A DNA stretch of 63,945 nt. Origin: Rectinemataceae bacterium. GTDB lineage: Bacteria; Spirochaetota; Spirochaetia; Treponematales; Rectinemataceae. The DNA is taken from the NCBI GenBank assembly GCA_035505775.1, contig DATJQN010000235.1:1-63945 (forward strand), written 5' to 3'. The notes beneath the pieces were generated by a model, which had not been told where the DNA came from, did no database searches, and was given only the letters and a program-made list of their open reading frames with translations. Below are positions 9,862 through 17,570 of this stretch, piece by piece; the stretch's first letter is position 1; every line of letters begins with the position of its first letter. The position numbers and the translations under genes were made by a program.

Positions 9862-10616
9862 GGCGCGCTGTAACCGTTGGCCGTAAAGATCGCCCGCGCC
9901 TCCGGGGATGACAGGAATGCGGCGAAATCTGCGACGGCCGCCTGCTGGGCAGCGCCCTTGAGCACGACGAAGCCCTGCAAAATGGGGGAGTACAGCGTCG
10001 GGTCGACGGGAATCCAGAACTGCCCTTCCTTGTCGAAGGCTTTGACATCCTTCGAGTAGAGCGCCGATTTGTTGACGAAGCCCGCGTCGGTACTGGTGAG
10101 GGTGAACTGGAGCGCCTGGGTGACGGTCTGGGCGGTGACGAGCTTGGCCTTCACGCGGTCGAAGAGACCGGACTTGAGCAGAGCTTCCTGGGCCGCCCTG
10201 CCGTAGGGGGCGGTGTCGGGATTGCAGGTGGCGACCTGGGAGACCGAGGGATCGAGCAGGATCGAAAGGCCTTTGCTCAGGTCGAGTTTCCTGGTCGAAA
10301 GGAGTATGAGACTGCCGGTCGCGTAGACGCGCACGGGGCCGTCAGTCTGCCCCGCATCTACGAGCTTCTGCGGGAAGGATGTGTCGGCGGAGAGGAAGAC
10401 CTGGAAGGGCGCTCCGTTCATGATCTGGGTCACGAGGGCCCCCGAGGCCCCGAAGGTGAACTCCGCGCGATCGGCCGGATACTTCTGCGCAAAGGCGGCG
10501 CTCAGCTGGCCGGCTACGCTGCTGACGTTGGCCGCCGCCGCGACGCTGACCTTCTGTTGGGCGGCCAGGGAGATGGACAGCATGATCCCGAGCGAGAGAA
10601 ACAGTGCTTTCCGCAT
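9858..10616 (-). CDS. modA: molybdate ABC transporter substrate-binding protein
   Basis: Signal peptide plus ModA-like core (VAAAANVSSVAGQL...FGASGALVTQIMNGAPFQVFLSAD). Confidence 0.85.
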   Translation of the reverse strand: MRKALFLSLGIMLSISLAAQQKVSVAAAANVSSVAGQLSAAFAQKYPADRAEFTFGASGALVTQIMNGAPFQVFLSADTSFPQKLVDAGQTDGPVRVYATGSLILLSTRKLDLSKGLSILLDPSVSQVATCNPDTAPYGRAAQEALLKSGLFDRVKAKLVTAQTVTQALQFTLTSTDAGFVNKSALYSKDVKAFDKEGQFWIPVDPTLYSPILQGFVVLKGAAQQAAVADFAAFLSSPEARAIFTANGYSAP

Positions 10617-10640
10617 GGAAGAGTCCTCCAGGTACCGTGG

Positions 10641-11198
10641 TTATTTGAAACTGCGCCGGCGGGAGCCGGAGCGTGAGGAGACAGAGGAGTCCGCGCACGC
10701 GGCACAGAGACCGTAGACGAGGAGCTGCTTTCCGCGCACCAGGGATCCCTCGGGGACGCGCACGCGCGGCATCTCCTGATCCAGCAGGCAGGACATGATG
10801 CCGCAGTTTGTGCACAGAAAATGGGGATGGCCGCCGGGACAGCCGCCCGGGGCGGAGGAAGACAGGGAAGAGCCCGCCGTCGCGCTCCGGACCGTAGCAC
10901 CGCCGGACTTCGACGATCCTGGGCCCTGCGCCGACGCGGCAGGCGGGGCGACGACACTCAGCACGTAGCGAAAGGTTCCGTCGATGCCCTGTATTCCGTG
11001 CACGAGACCGCTTTTCTTGAGCAGCTTCAGCGAACGGAAAATGCTCACGCGATCGAGATCGCCCAGGCTTTCGGCCAGTTCCCGGTGCGAAAGCGCCCGT
11101 CCCTCCGCAGAGAGGGCGGCGAAGACGCGTTGTCTGACGGCGGTGGGGCGAAGGCCGGCATCGAGCAGCAGCCGTGCAGTGGGTGACGCGTCGGGCAT
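10641..11198 (-). CDS. Fur family transcriptional regulator with a low-complexity insertion
   Basis: N-terminal wHTH (LRPTAVRQRVFAAL...LSHRELAESL...VSIFRSLKLLKKSGLV) and C-terminal HPHFLCTNCG...LCAACA metal sites. A roughly 45-aa Ser/Gly/Ala-rich insert lies between the domains. Confidence 0.75.
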   Translation of the reverse strand: MPDASPTARLLLDAGLRPTAVRQRVFAALSAEGRALSHRELAESLGDLDRVSIFRSLKLLKKSGLVHGIQGIDGTFRYVLSVVAPPAASAQGPGSSKSGGATVRSATAGSSLSSSAPGGCPGGHPHFLCTNCGIMSCLLDQEMPRVRVPEGSLVRGKQLLVYGLCAACADSSVSSRSGSRRRSFK

Positions 11199-11227
11199 CA
11201 GCCCTTATACCACGAGCCGGATCAAAA

Positions 11228-11242
11228 TGCAACTGAATTGCA
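11228..11242. promoter_or_regulatory. 7-1-7 inverted repeat TGCAACT-g-AATTGCA (Fur-family-box-like geometry)
   Basis: 6 of 7 arm positions are complementary. Sits in an AT-rich patch 30 nt upstream of the Fur-family start (11198) and about 100 nt upstream of the ferredoxin gene. Confidence 0.35.
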
Positions 11243-11344
11243 AATCGCCGCCCCCCCGCCCGGGAGGACTTGGTGAATTGGTCACAGACCGGCTGCGTGG
11301 GCTTCGGTACCTTCGCTTCCACACCACAGAACGAAAGGATTCAC

Positions 11345-11524
11345 ATGGCAATCAACGTCAACCCCTCCCGCTGTCCGCAAAACCACCCCTGTCCCGCGGT
11401 CCGAGTCTGTCCCGTCGGCGCACTATCGCAGCGCGGCTACGCAGCCCCCGTCGTGGACCCGCGGAAGTGCACGAACTGCGGACGCTGTACCTACGCCTGC
11501 GCCCTCGGCGCACTGCGCGGCTAG
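11345..11524 (+). CDS. small 4Fe-4S ferredoxin-like protein (59 aa)
   Basis: Canonical CTNCGRCTYAC motif plus a non-canonical CPQNHPCPAVRVCP motif (7 Cys in total). AAAGGA SD lies 5 nt before ATG 11345. Confidence 0.7.
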   Translation: MAINVNPSRCPQNHPCPAVRVCPVGALSQRGYAAPVVDPRKCTNCGRCTYACALGALRG

Positions 11525-11533
11525 GAGGTTCCG

Positions 11534-12463
11534 GTGAAGGACGACTATGACCTGGTCATCGTGGGAGGCGGCGCTGCGGGACTGTCCGCGGCCCAGTACG
11601 GAGCGCGGGCCAATCTCAGAACGCTGCTGCTCGAGGAGACTGCGCCGGGCGGCCAGGCCCTCCTCATCGATCATCTCGAGAACTACCCGGGATGCGTCGA
11701 GCAGCGATCGGGTTACGACTTCGCAAACGCCATGCGCGAGCAGGCCGAGCGCTTCGGCGCGGAGATGCGGACCGGCCAGGTCGGGGCCGTGGTCCGCCGC
11801 GGGGGAGGCTTCGAGATCGACGAGGAGGGTGGCAGGCTGCGCTCCGCCGCGGTCATAGCCGCCACCGGCGCCGAACATCGAAAACTCGGCGTCCCGGGCG
11901 AGGCGGAGTTCTCCGGCCGCGGCGTATCCTATTGCGCCACCTGCGACGGCCCCTTCTTCAAGGGCAAGCGGATCCTCGTGGTCGGCGGCGGCGACGCGGC
12001 CTGCGACGAAGCGGGCTTCCTCGCCAAGCTGAGCGACCGTGTCGTGATGGTGCATCGCGGCCCCGCGTTCCGCGCGCAGAAGGCCGTGGCTGCCCGCGCG
12101 CTGGGCAACCCGAACATCCAGGTGCGCTTCAACCAGCTGGTGCGCGGCATCCGGGGGGACTCGAAGGTCAGGAGCGTCGAACTCGAGCATCTGGCCGACG
12201 GATCGCGTTATGCGGAAGAGTTTGATGCAGTGTTCGTGTTCGTCGGCTCGAACCCGCGGTCGGCGCTGTTTGCGGAGGCTGAACGCGACGAATCGGGATA
12301 CCTCGTGGCGGACCAGCGGATGGCCACCTCGGTGCCGGGACTCTTCGTGGCCGGGGATCTACGCGCCTCTCCCTTCCGTCAGGTCGTCGTGGCCGCCGCA
12401 GACGGCGCGATAGCCGCCCACTCGGCCGCGCAGTACCTCGACGGCCTGCTGGCGGCGGGCTAG
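11534..12463 (+). CDS. trxB: thioredoxin-disulfide reductase family flavoprotein
   Basis: GGGAAGLSAA FAD motif, redox-active CATC, GGGDAACDEA second dinucleotide motif, and HRGPAFR in place of HRRxxxR. GTG start is preceded by AGGAGG, which overlaps the ferredoxin stop. Confidence 0.85.
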   Translation: MKDDYDLVIVGGGAAGLSAAQYGARANLRTLLLEETAPGGQALLIDHLENYPGCVEQRSGYDFANAMREQAERFGAEMRTGQVGAVVRRGGGFEIDEEGGRLRSAAVIAATGAEHRKLGVPGEAEFSGRGVSYCATCDGPFFKGKRILVVGGGDAACDEAGFLAKLSDRVVMVHRGPAFRAQKAVAARALGNPNIQVRFNQLVRGIRGDSKVRSVELEHLADGSRYAEEFDAVFVFVGSNPRSALFAEAERDESGYLVADQRMATSVPGLFVAGDLRASPFRQVVVAAADGAIAAHSAAQYLDGLLAAG

Positions 12464-12499
12464 GGCGCCGACCCCACGGGGCCTCGGGCAGGAAGGAAA

Positions 12500-13072
12500 C
12501 TAGGCCCGGGCCTGCAGCAGGTAGACCGACTCGTTGAGGTCGGCGACCCAGTCCACGGTGAGGCCGACTTCCTCGACGAGGTCCCGGCTGAGCTCCGGCT
12601 TCAGCCGCGCCCCCGCGTGTGGCCCGTGTCCGACATGGGAAGGCTGCCATTCGACAAGGCCGAGCCGTCCTCCCTTTTTGAGGCAGCGGCGGACCTCCCC
12701 GAGGAGGCGCTGCTTGTCCTCCACCTCGTGCAGGACCGTGCACAGCAGGGCGAGGTCCACGGTCGCGGACTCGACGCCGAACTCGTATTCCCGGCTGAGG
12801 CCTGCCGCCAGATTGCCAAGCCCTGCGGCTTCCACGCGCCGGCCCAGTTCCGCCGCCATCTCGGGGGAGCTGTCTATGGCCAGGACCCGGCCTTCGGGGC
12901 CGACCAGCTTCGCCGCCGGGATGGAGAAGAAGCCCACGCCTGCGCCGATGTCGAGCACCGTCTCACCCGTCGCAAGCCCGAAACGGCCCAGGATCTCCTC
13001 CGGCGGCAGGAGGAGTCGCCGTTCGGGCGAATCGAGGCGTTCCCGGTGTCGCGGATCGAATTTCTGATGCAT
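12500..13072 (-). CDS. class I SAM-dependent methyltransferase
   Basis: Motif I VLDIGAGVGFF and the LKKGGRL post-motif. Start set at MHQKF (13072), where the family-like region begins. Confidence 0.8.
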   Translation of the reverse strand: MHQKFDPRHRERLDSPERRLLLPPEEILGRFGLATGETVLDIGAGVGFFSIPAAKLVGPEGRVLAIDSSPEMAAELGRRVEAAGLGNLAAGLSREYEFGVESATVDLALLCTVLHEVEDKQRLLGEVRRCLKKGGRLGLVEWQPSHVGHGPHAGARLKPELSRDLVEEVGLTVDWVADLNESVYLLQARA

Positions 13073-13097
13073 GGCGTCACTCCTCTCCCTGCTTCTC

Positions 13098-13137
13098 TTG
13101 ACAGCGTGGCCCTCGGTCAATATTATGAGCATATGCT
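13098..13137 (+). promoter_or_regulatory. near-consensus sigma70 promoter TTGACA-N17-TATTAT followed by the perfect 10-bp palindrome AGCATATGCT
   Basis: TTGACA 13098-13103, TATTAT 13121-13126, palindrome 13128-13137 covering the expected transcription start. Upstream of the Mrp/NifX-like operon. Confidence 0.45.
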
Positions 13138-13179
13138 TAAAACAGCAAAGTGGTCGAGACCTACCTGAAGGAGTGCGTC

Positions 13180-13980
13180 GTGGCCCTGGTACCACAGAAG
13201 ATAGCGAATCCGTCCATCAAGCGTGTAATCGGCGTGGCGAGCGGAAAGGGAGGGGTCGGCAAGTCCACCGTGGCAGTTCTCATCGCCGAGGCCCTGGCTG
13301 CACAGGGGCTCCGCGTGGGTGCCCTGGATGCGGATATCACCGGCCCTTCACTCCCCCGTCTGTTCGGCCTGGATTCGTTCAGGGCGGAGACCGACGAACG
13401 GAAGATTCATCCGGTGCTGAGCGAGGAAGGAATCAGGCTGCTCTCCATCAATCTGCTGGGCGAGCACGAAGACGACCCGGTCATCTGGCGGGGCCCGCTT
13501 CTCGCGAAGGCGATCGAGCAGTTCTGGACGGACACCGACTGGGGCGAGCTCGACTATCTCGTCGTCGACTTTCCCCCGGGGACTTCCGATGTGGTGCTCA
13601 CCGCCTTCCAGATCATCCCCTTCGACGGCATCGTCGTGGTGGCCACGCCGCAGGACTACGTTTCGATGATCGTGCGGAAGTCGGTGCGCATGGCCGAGAT
13701 GCTGCACTCCCCCGTGATCGGGCTCGTCGAAAACATGAGGACGATGATCTGTCCCTCCTGCGGCGAGGAGATCCCGCTCTTTGACGACGGCGGGAAAACG
13801 AGCGCAGAGCGGCTCGGCCTTCCCCTCCTTGCCAGCCTCGCCTGGCGTCCGGAGCTGGTTCGCGCCCGCTCCATACGGTGGCCCGATCTCCCTGCGGCGC
13901 TTCGCGGCGACGCGGAACGGATCGCCGCGGCACTCGAAACCTTCGTGGCAGCGGGCACGGACGCCGCCGCGAGACATTAA
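13180..13980 (+). CDS. Mrp/NBP35 family iron-sulfur cluster carrier ATPase, short form
   Basis: Deviant Walker A GKGGVGKST and CPSCG cluster-bridging motif (MICPSCGEEIPLF). GTG 13180 has AAGGAG 6 nt upstream; the ORF track begins at GTG 13150. Confidence 0.85.
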   Translation: MALVPQKIANPSIKRVIGVASGKGGVGKSTVAVLIAEALAAQGLRVGALDADITGPSLPRLFGLDSFRAETDERKIHPVLSEEGIRLLSINLLGEHEDDPVIWRGPLLAKAIEQFWTDTDWGELDYLVVDFPPGTSDVVLTAFQIIPFDGIVVVATPQDYVSMIVRKSVRMAEMLHSPVIGLVENMRTMICPSCGEEIPLFDDGGKTSAERLGLPLLASLAWRPELVRARSIRWPDLPAALRGDAERIAAALETFVAAGTDAAARH

Positions 13981-13990
13981 GGAGCTGAAT

Positions 13991-14353
13991 ATGATGAAGA
14001 TAGCGGTCCCCGAGCGGGGCGGAATGGTGGACGAGCATTTCGGCCACTGCAAGGCCTTTCGCATCTACAGTGTGGCTGCCGACGGAAGCATCGTGGAGGA
14101 GCAGAGCATGCCCTCGCCGGAGGGCTGCGGCTGCAAGTCCGGCGTCGCCGTGGATCTCGCGCGCGCCGGAGTGACCCATCTCGTGGGCGGCAATATGGGC
14201 GAGGGCGCCCTCCGCGTTCTCAACGCGCGGGGGATCAACGTCGTCAGAGGCGCTTCCGGCCCGGCGCGCGAAGCCGCGGAGGCCTTCGCCCGCGGCAGCC
14301 TGCAGGATTCGGGCGACGGCTGCGCCGGCCACGGCGACGAGTGCTCGCACTAG
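13991..14353 (+). CDS. NifX/NifB-C-terminal (dinitrogenase FeMo-cofactor-binding fold) family protein
   Basis: MKIAVP...DEHFGHCKAFRIY...GVTHLVGGNMGEGA pattern typical of this fold. Cys/His tail GDGCAGHGDECSH. AAGGAG lies before ATG 13991. Confidence 0.8.
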   Translation: MMKIAVPERGGMVDEHFGHCKAFRIYSVAADGSIVEEQSMPSPEGCGCKSGVAVDLARAGVTHLVGGNMGEGALRVLNARGINVVRGASGPAREAAEAFARGSLQDSGDGCAGHGDECSH

Positions 14354-14359
14354 GCCACC

Positions 14360-15163
14360 ATGCCGCGACCGCCGCTTGAACGGAGACTCGGATCGGCGAT
14401 CGTGGCGCGGCGCTTCGGCCCCGCGGGCGACGCCCCGGCCGGGGCGGGCTCCACGGAACCGCGCGCCGCCGACCGGGACACCGAGCAGCCGGATTCCGCC
14501 GACCGGGGCGCGGTCGAGCCGGCGGCCGGCGAGCTCGTGCTGAGTCTGGACGAGGTCGAAGCGCTCCGACTCGCGGACCTCGAGGGACTCTACCAGCAGG
14601 CGGCGGCCCTCCGCATGGGCGTCTCCCGACAGACCTTCGGCCGCATCATCGAAAGCGCGAGACGCAAAACCTCGGACGCCATCCTCAACGGCAAGTCGCT
14701 GCGGATCGAGGGCGGATCGGTCACCATAGACGGCGGCGGTGCCAAGCCGGCCCTGATCGCCGTACCGACCACCGCCACGGGCGGGGTCGAGGAGCACTTC
14801 GGTCACTGCGACCGTTTCACGCTGTTTGCCCTCGGAAGCGACGGTCGTCTGCTGTCGGAGCGCCTGTTCATGGTCGCCGCCGACGGGGGCTGCAGGCCCG
14901 GACTCATTGCCGCACTCGCGGCGGAGGGTGTGACGCACTTTCTGGTCGGCCGGATGGGGGAGGGCGCGATGCACGTGGCCGCCGCCCACGGCATAGTCAT
15001 TCGCTACGGCGCAGGGGGGCCGGTCAGAGCGGCTCTCGACGCCTTTCTTCGGGGTGAGCTCTCCGAGGGGGGCGAATGCTGCGATGGCCGCGTTCAGGGG
15101 GGACGGAACCGGGGCTGCGGACGGGGCGGGGGCAGCTGTCCCGGCCGGGGAGTCTCCGCGTGA
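14360..15163 (+). CDS. DUF134 (UPF0251, sigma-70 region-4-like HTH) fused to a second NifX-fold domain
   Basis: MPRP start and LSLDEVEALRLADLEGLYQQAAALRMGVSRQTFGRIIESARRK (DUF134-like). Then LIAVP...EEHFGHCDRFTLF...GVTHFLVGRMGEGA (NifX-like). Cys-rich tail GECCDG...GCGRGGGSCPG. Confidence 0.75.
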   Translation: MPRPPLERRLGSAIVARRFGPAGDAPAGAGSTEPRAADRDTEQPDSADRGAVEPAAGELVLSLDEVEALRLADLEGLYQQAAALRMGVSRQTFGRIIESARRKTSDAILNGKSLRIEGGSVTIDGGGAKPALIAVPTTATGGVEEHFGHCDRFTLFALGSDGRLLSERLFMVAADGGCRPGLIAALAAEGVTHFLVGRMGEGAMHVAAAHGIVIRYGAGGPVRAALDAFLRGELSEGGECCDGRVQGGRNRGCGRGGGSCPGRGVSA

Positions 15164-15801
15164 CCGGCTATATTAGCGAGCCCAAGCCTCTTCCCCTGAT
15201 CTGGCGGATTCTCCTCGGCCTTGTCGAGAGGCGCCTGGGCAAGAAGCTTGTCGCCAACCGGATTCTGGCCTGGTATCCCAGGGCCCTGCTCGGCTCCGGG
15301 CTCCTCGAGGCCCTCGTGGCCCACGACGAGCCAGAAGTGCCGCGGCGGCTGCTCAAGCTTATCCGCGTCTATACTTCGTTCCGCGTGTCCTGCCCCTTCT
15401 GCATCGATCTCAATTCCCGCGAATACCGCGACAGCGGTCTGAGCGACGAGGAAATCCTCGGCCTGCAGGAGCCAGACCGCATCGCCAGCCTGCCCAGCCT
15501 CAGCGCCGCGGAACGGGCCGCTCTTGCCTATGTCGAATGCATGTGCCGGAGCCCGGTGCGTTTCGAGGCGGAAACCGTCGAGGAGCTCAGGCGGCACTTC
15601 GACGAGCGGGGCGTCGTCGTCATCGCGAGCACCTGCGCGCAGGTCAATTTCTGGGCGCGGCTCATCCAGGCCTTCGGCGTGCCGCCGGCGGGATTCAATG
15701 CGGAGTGTTCGCTGCTCGATCTCGATCGCTACCGCTCACTGCTTCCGCGCGCCGGCGCTGCCGCCCAGGAAGGGCAGGTACTCCCGGTCGACCACCCATA
15801 G
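15160..15801 (+). CDS. carboxymuconolactone decarboxylase (AhpD-like) family protein
   Basis: AhpD/CMD-like helical region with CPFC (FRVSCPFCIDLNS). GTG 15160 overlaps the upstream stop (GTGA). Confidence 0.65.
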   Translation: MTGYISEPKPLPLIWRILLGLVERRLGKKLVANRILAWYPRALLGSGLLEALVAHDEPEVPRRLLKLIRVYTSFRVSCPFCIDLNSREYRDSGLSDEEILGLQEPDRIASLPSLSAAERAALAYVECMCRSPVRFEAETVEELRRHFDERGVVVIASTCAQVNFWARLIQAFGVPPAGFNAECSLLDLDRYRSLLPRAGAAAQEGQVLPVDHP

Positions 15802-16152
15802 GTGCTGCTCGATCCAGTTCCGGAGATAGGCGTAGACTTCGTCGGGGCTCACGGTTTTCCCGCTGTCGAAGGCTTCGTAGAGTTCGCCGATATCGTGAAT
15901 GAAGCGATCGTGCTCCTGGTGATGGCTGTCGCGCTTCGGGTAACCGCACTGTTCGAAGTAGCGTTCCTCCGTGCGGAAGTGTTCCCTCGCGTACTCGGTC
16001 AGATCGGTCAGTATCTGACCGATGACCACCTCGCCCTGCCCTTCCCGTATCGCCTGATCGAGGAAGTCCAGCCGCTCCAGGATCATCTGGTGCTGCCGGT
16101 CGATCTCCGGAACACCCGTCCGAATGGACTCCTCCCAGGCGAGAGCTGCCAT
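15736..16152 (-). CDS. bacteriohemerythrin
   Basis: IDRQHQ...EHF..EE...H..EH..F...HL hemerythrin His/Glu ligand pattern. ATG 16152 is preceded by AAGGAG. Confidence 0.85.
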   Translation of the reverse strand: MAALAWEESIRTGVPEIDRQHQMILERLDFLDQAIREGQGEVVIGQILTDLTEYAREHFRTEERYFEQCGYPKRDSHHQEHDRFIHDIGELYEAFDSGKTVSPDEVYAYLRNWIEQHLWVVDREYLPFLGGSAGARKQ

Positions 16153-16411
16153 GATGGACTCCTTTGTCCCCGTGCCTGCCTCGAGGCTGAGGACTTCCGG
16201 CCGATGAGAGCCCGACCGCGGCGTCTCCGGGGCCCTGCCCGGCAGCGCTGCGGTCTCATATAAGCATAGCGTCTGTCGCCGCGCGCGCCAGTCCCTGGTC
16301 GGCGCGTCGGCCGGCGTCGACCCGTTGCTCCCATCGAGACCACGGCAATCCCTCCCCCGGTCCCGTTCCGGGGAGCTGTTCACCCCGCCGATTGCGGGCT
16401 AGGATCGCCCC

Positions 16412-17518
16412 ATGCGCGATTCCGTAGCCGGGTATCCGGGCTCCGTCCGCCGAAGCGGCCAGGCCTCGGGCTATCTCGTGGCTCTCTGCGCGGCTGCGAT
16501 ACTCTCGACAACCGCCATCTTCATCCGCTACCTCACCGTGGGATACCACATCCCCGCCCTGGTCCTGGCGTTCTGGCGGGACCTCCTCCTCGTCATAACC
16601 CTCCTGCCCATCCTCATACTGTTCCGGCGTCCGCTGCTTCGCGTGCCGCGGAGGCTCGTACCCTATCTGATGCTCTATGGCCTCGTCCTTGCCGCCTTCA
16701 ACGCCCTGTGGACACTCTCGGTGGCCCTGAACGGGGCGGCTGCGGCCACCGTGCTGGTCTATTGCTCGGGTGCCTTCACCGTCATCCTCGGGAGGCTCCT
16801 CCTGCGGGAGCGTCTCGATTGGGCGAAAGTGGTCGCGATGGTCCTCAGTCTGGGGGGCTGCGTGCTCGTGTCGGGCGCGTGGGACGCCTCCGCGTGGCGG
16901 GGTAATGTCCTGGGCATATCCACCGGCATTCTCTCGGGGCTGGGCTACGCGGCCTACAGTCTCATGGGGCGCTCGGCTTCGCAGCGCGGGCTCGATCCCT
17001 GGTCCACCCTGCTGTACATTTTCGTTTTCGCCTCACTCGTTCTCCTCGCCTTCAATCTCCTCCCCGGCCATGTCCTCCCCGGCTCGGCCACCCGGCCTGC
17101 GGATCTGCTCTGGCTGGGGAACTCCTGGTCGGGTTGGCTCCTCCTCTTCCTTCTCTCCGCAGGGCCCACGCTGGCGGGCTTCGGACTCTACCTGGTGAGC
17201 CTCGTCCATCTGCCGTCGAGCGTCGCAAACCTGATTGTCAGCGCCGAGCCGGCTTTCACGACCCTGACGGCCTACCTCCTCCTCGGCGAGCGCCTGGTGC
17301 CCGCCCAGCTGGGAGGAGCCGTGGCCATCATGGCCGGCGTCGTCATACTGCGGATCTGGGCCTCGCAGGATGCGGCCTCTGCCGCCAGCGGCAGCGGCAG
17401 CGCCAGCGGCAGCGCCAGAGGCAGCGCCAAAGGCAGCGCCAAAGGCAGCGCCAAAGGCACCGGCACCGGCGGGGCCGGCACCGGCGTCCCTGCCGAGTCG
17501 TTTGCTACAGATAGATGA
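16412..17518 (+). CDS. EamA/DMT family transporter with a repeat-encoded Gly/Ser/Ala/Lys tail
   Basis: About ten hydrophobic segments in two EamA-like halves. The C-terminus SGSGSASGSARGSAKGSAKGSAKGTGTGGAGTG is encoded by a 12-nt tandem repeat. Confidence 0.8.
   Translation: MRDSVAGYPGSVRRSGQASGYLVALCAAAILSTTAIFIRYLTVGYHIPALVLAFWRDLLLVITLLPILILFRRPLLRVPRRLVPYLMLYGLVLAAFNALWTLSVALNGAAAATVLVYCSGAFTVILGRLLLRERLDWAKVVAMVLSLGGCVLVSGAWDASAWRGNVLGISTGILSGLGYAAYSLMGRSASQRGLDPWSTLLYIFVFASLVLLAFNLLPGHVLPGSATRPADLLWLGNSWSGWLLLFLLSAGPTLAGFGLYLVSLVHLPSSVANLIVSAEPAFTTLTAYLLLGERLVPAQLGGAVAIMAGVVILRIWASQDAASAASGSGSASGSARGSAKGSAKGSAKGTGTGGAGTGVPAESFATDR
17399..17458. repeat. 12-nt tandem repeat (AGCGCCARMGGC) x 5, same unit family as 3172-3225
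   Basis: agcgccagcggc / agcgccagaggc / agcgccaaaggc x3 read directly. Degenerate GGC-rich copies flank it (about 17387-17470). Confidence 0.9.
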
Positions 17519-17570
17519 TGCGAGGCAGGCCTCCTTTGGTATACTATTGCCTGCGAATGGAGGGGAGGCT

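Noticed and set aside
8495-10048. 517-aa ORF-track version of modC extending upstream through modB
   Set aside because: The ABC ATPase homology starts at MNMVHFDL (9196). The extension is out of frame with, and overlaps, a well-supported modB.
3172-17458. Possibility that the two related 12-nt arrays (AAC-containing units at 3172, AGC-containing units at 17399) are a diversity-generating retroelement template/variable repeat pair
   Set aside because: The A-to-G differences are suggestive at first glance. However, the similarity is confined to a short tandem unit, there is no reverse transcriptase or accessory gene in the window, and neither array has unique flanking homology. Simple minisatellite drift explains it.
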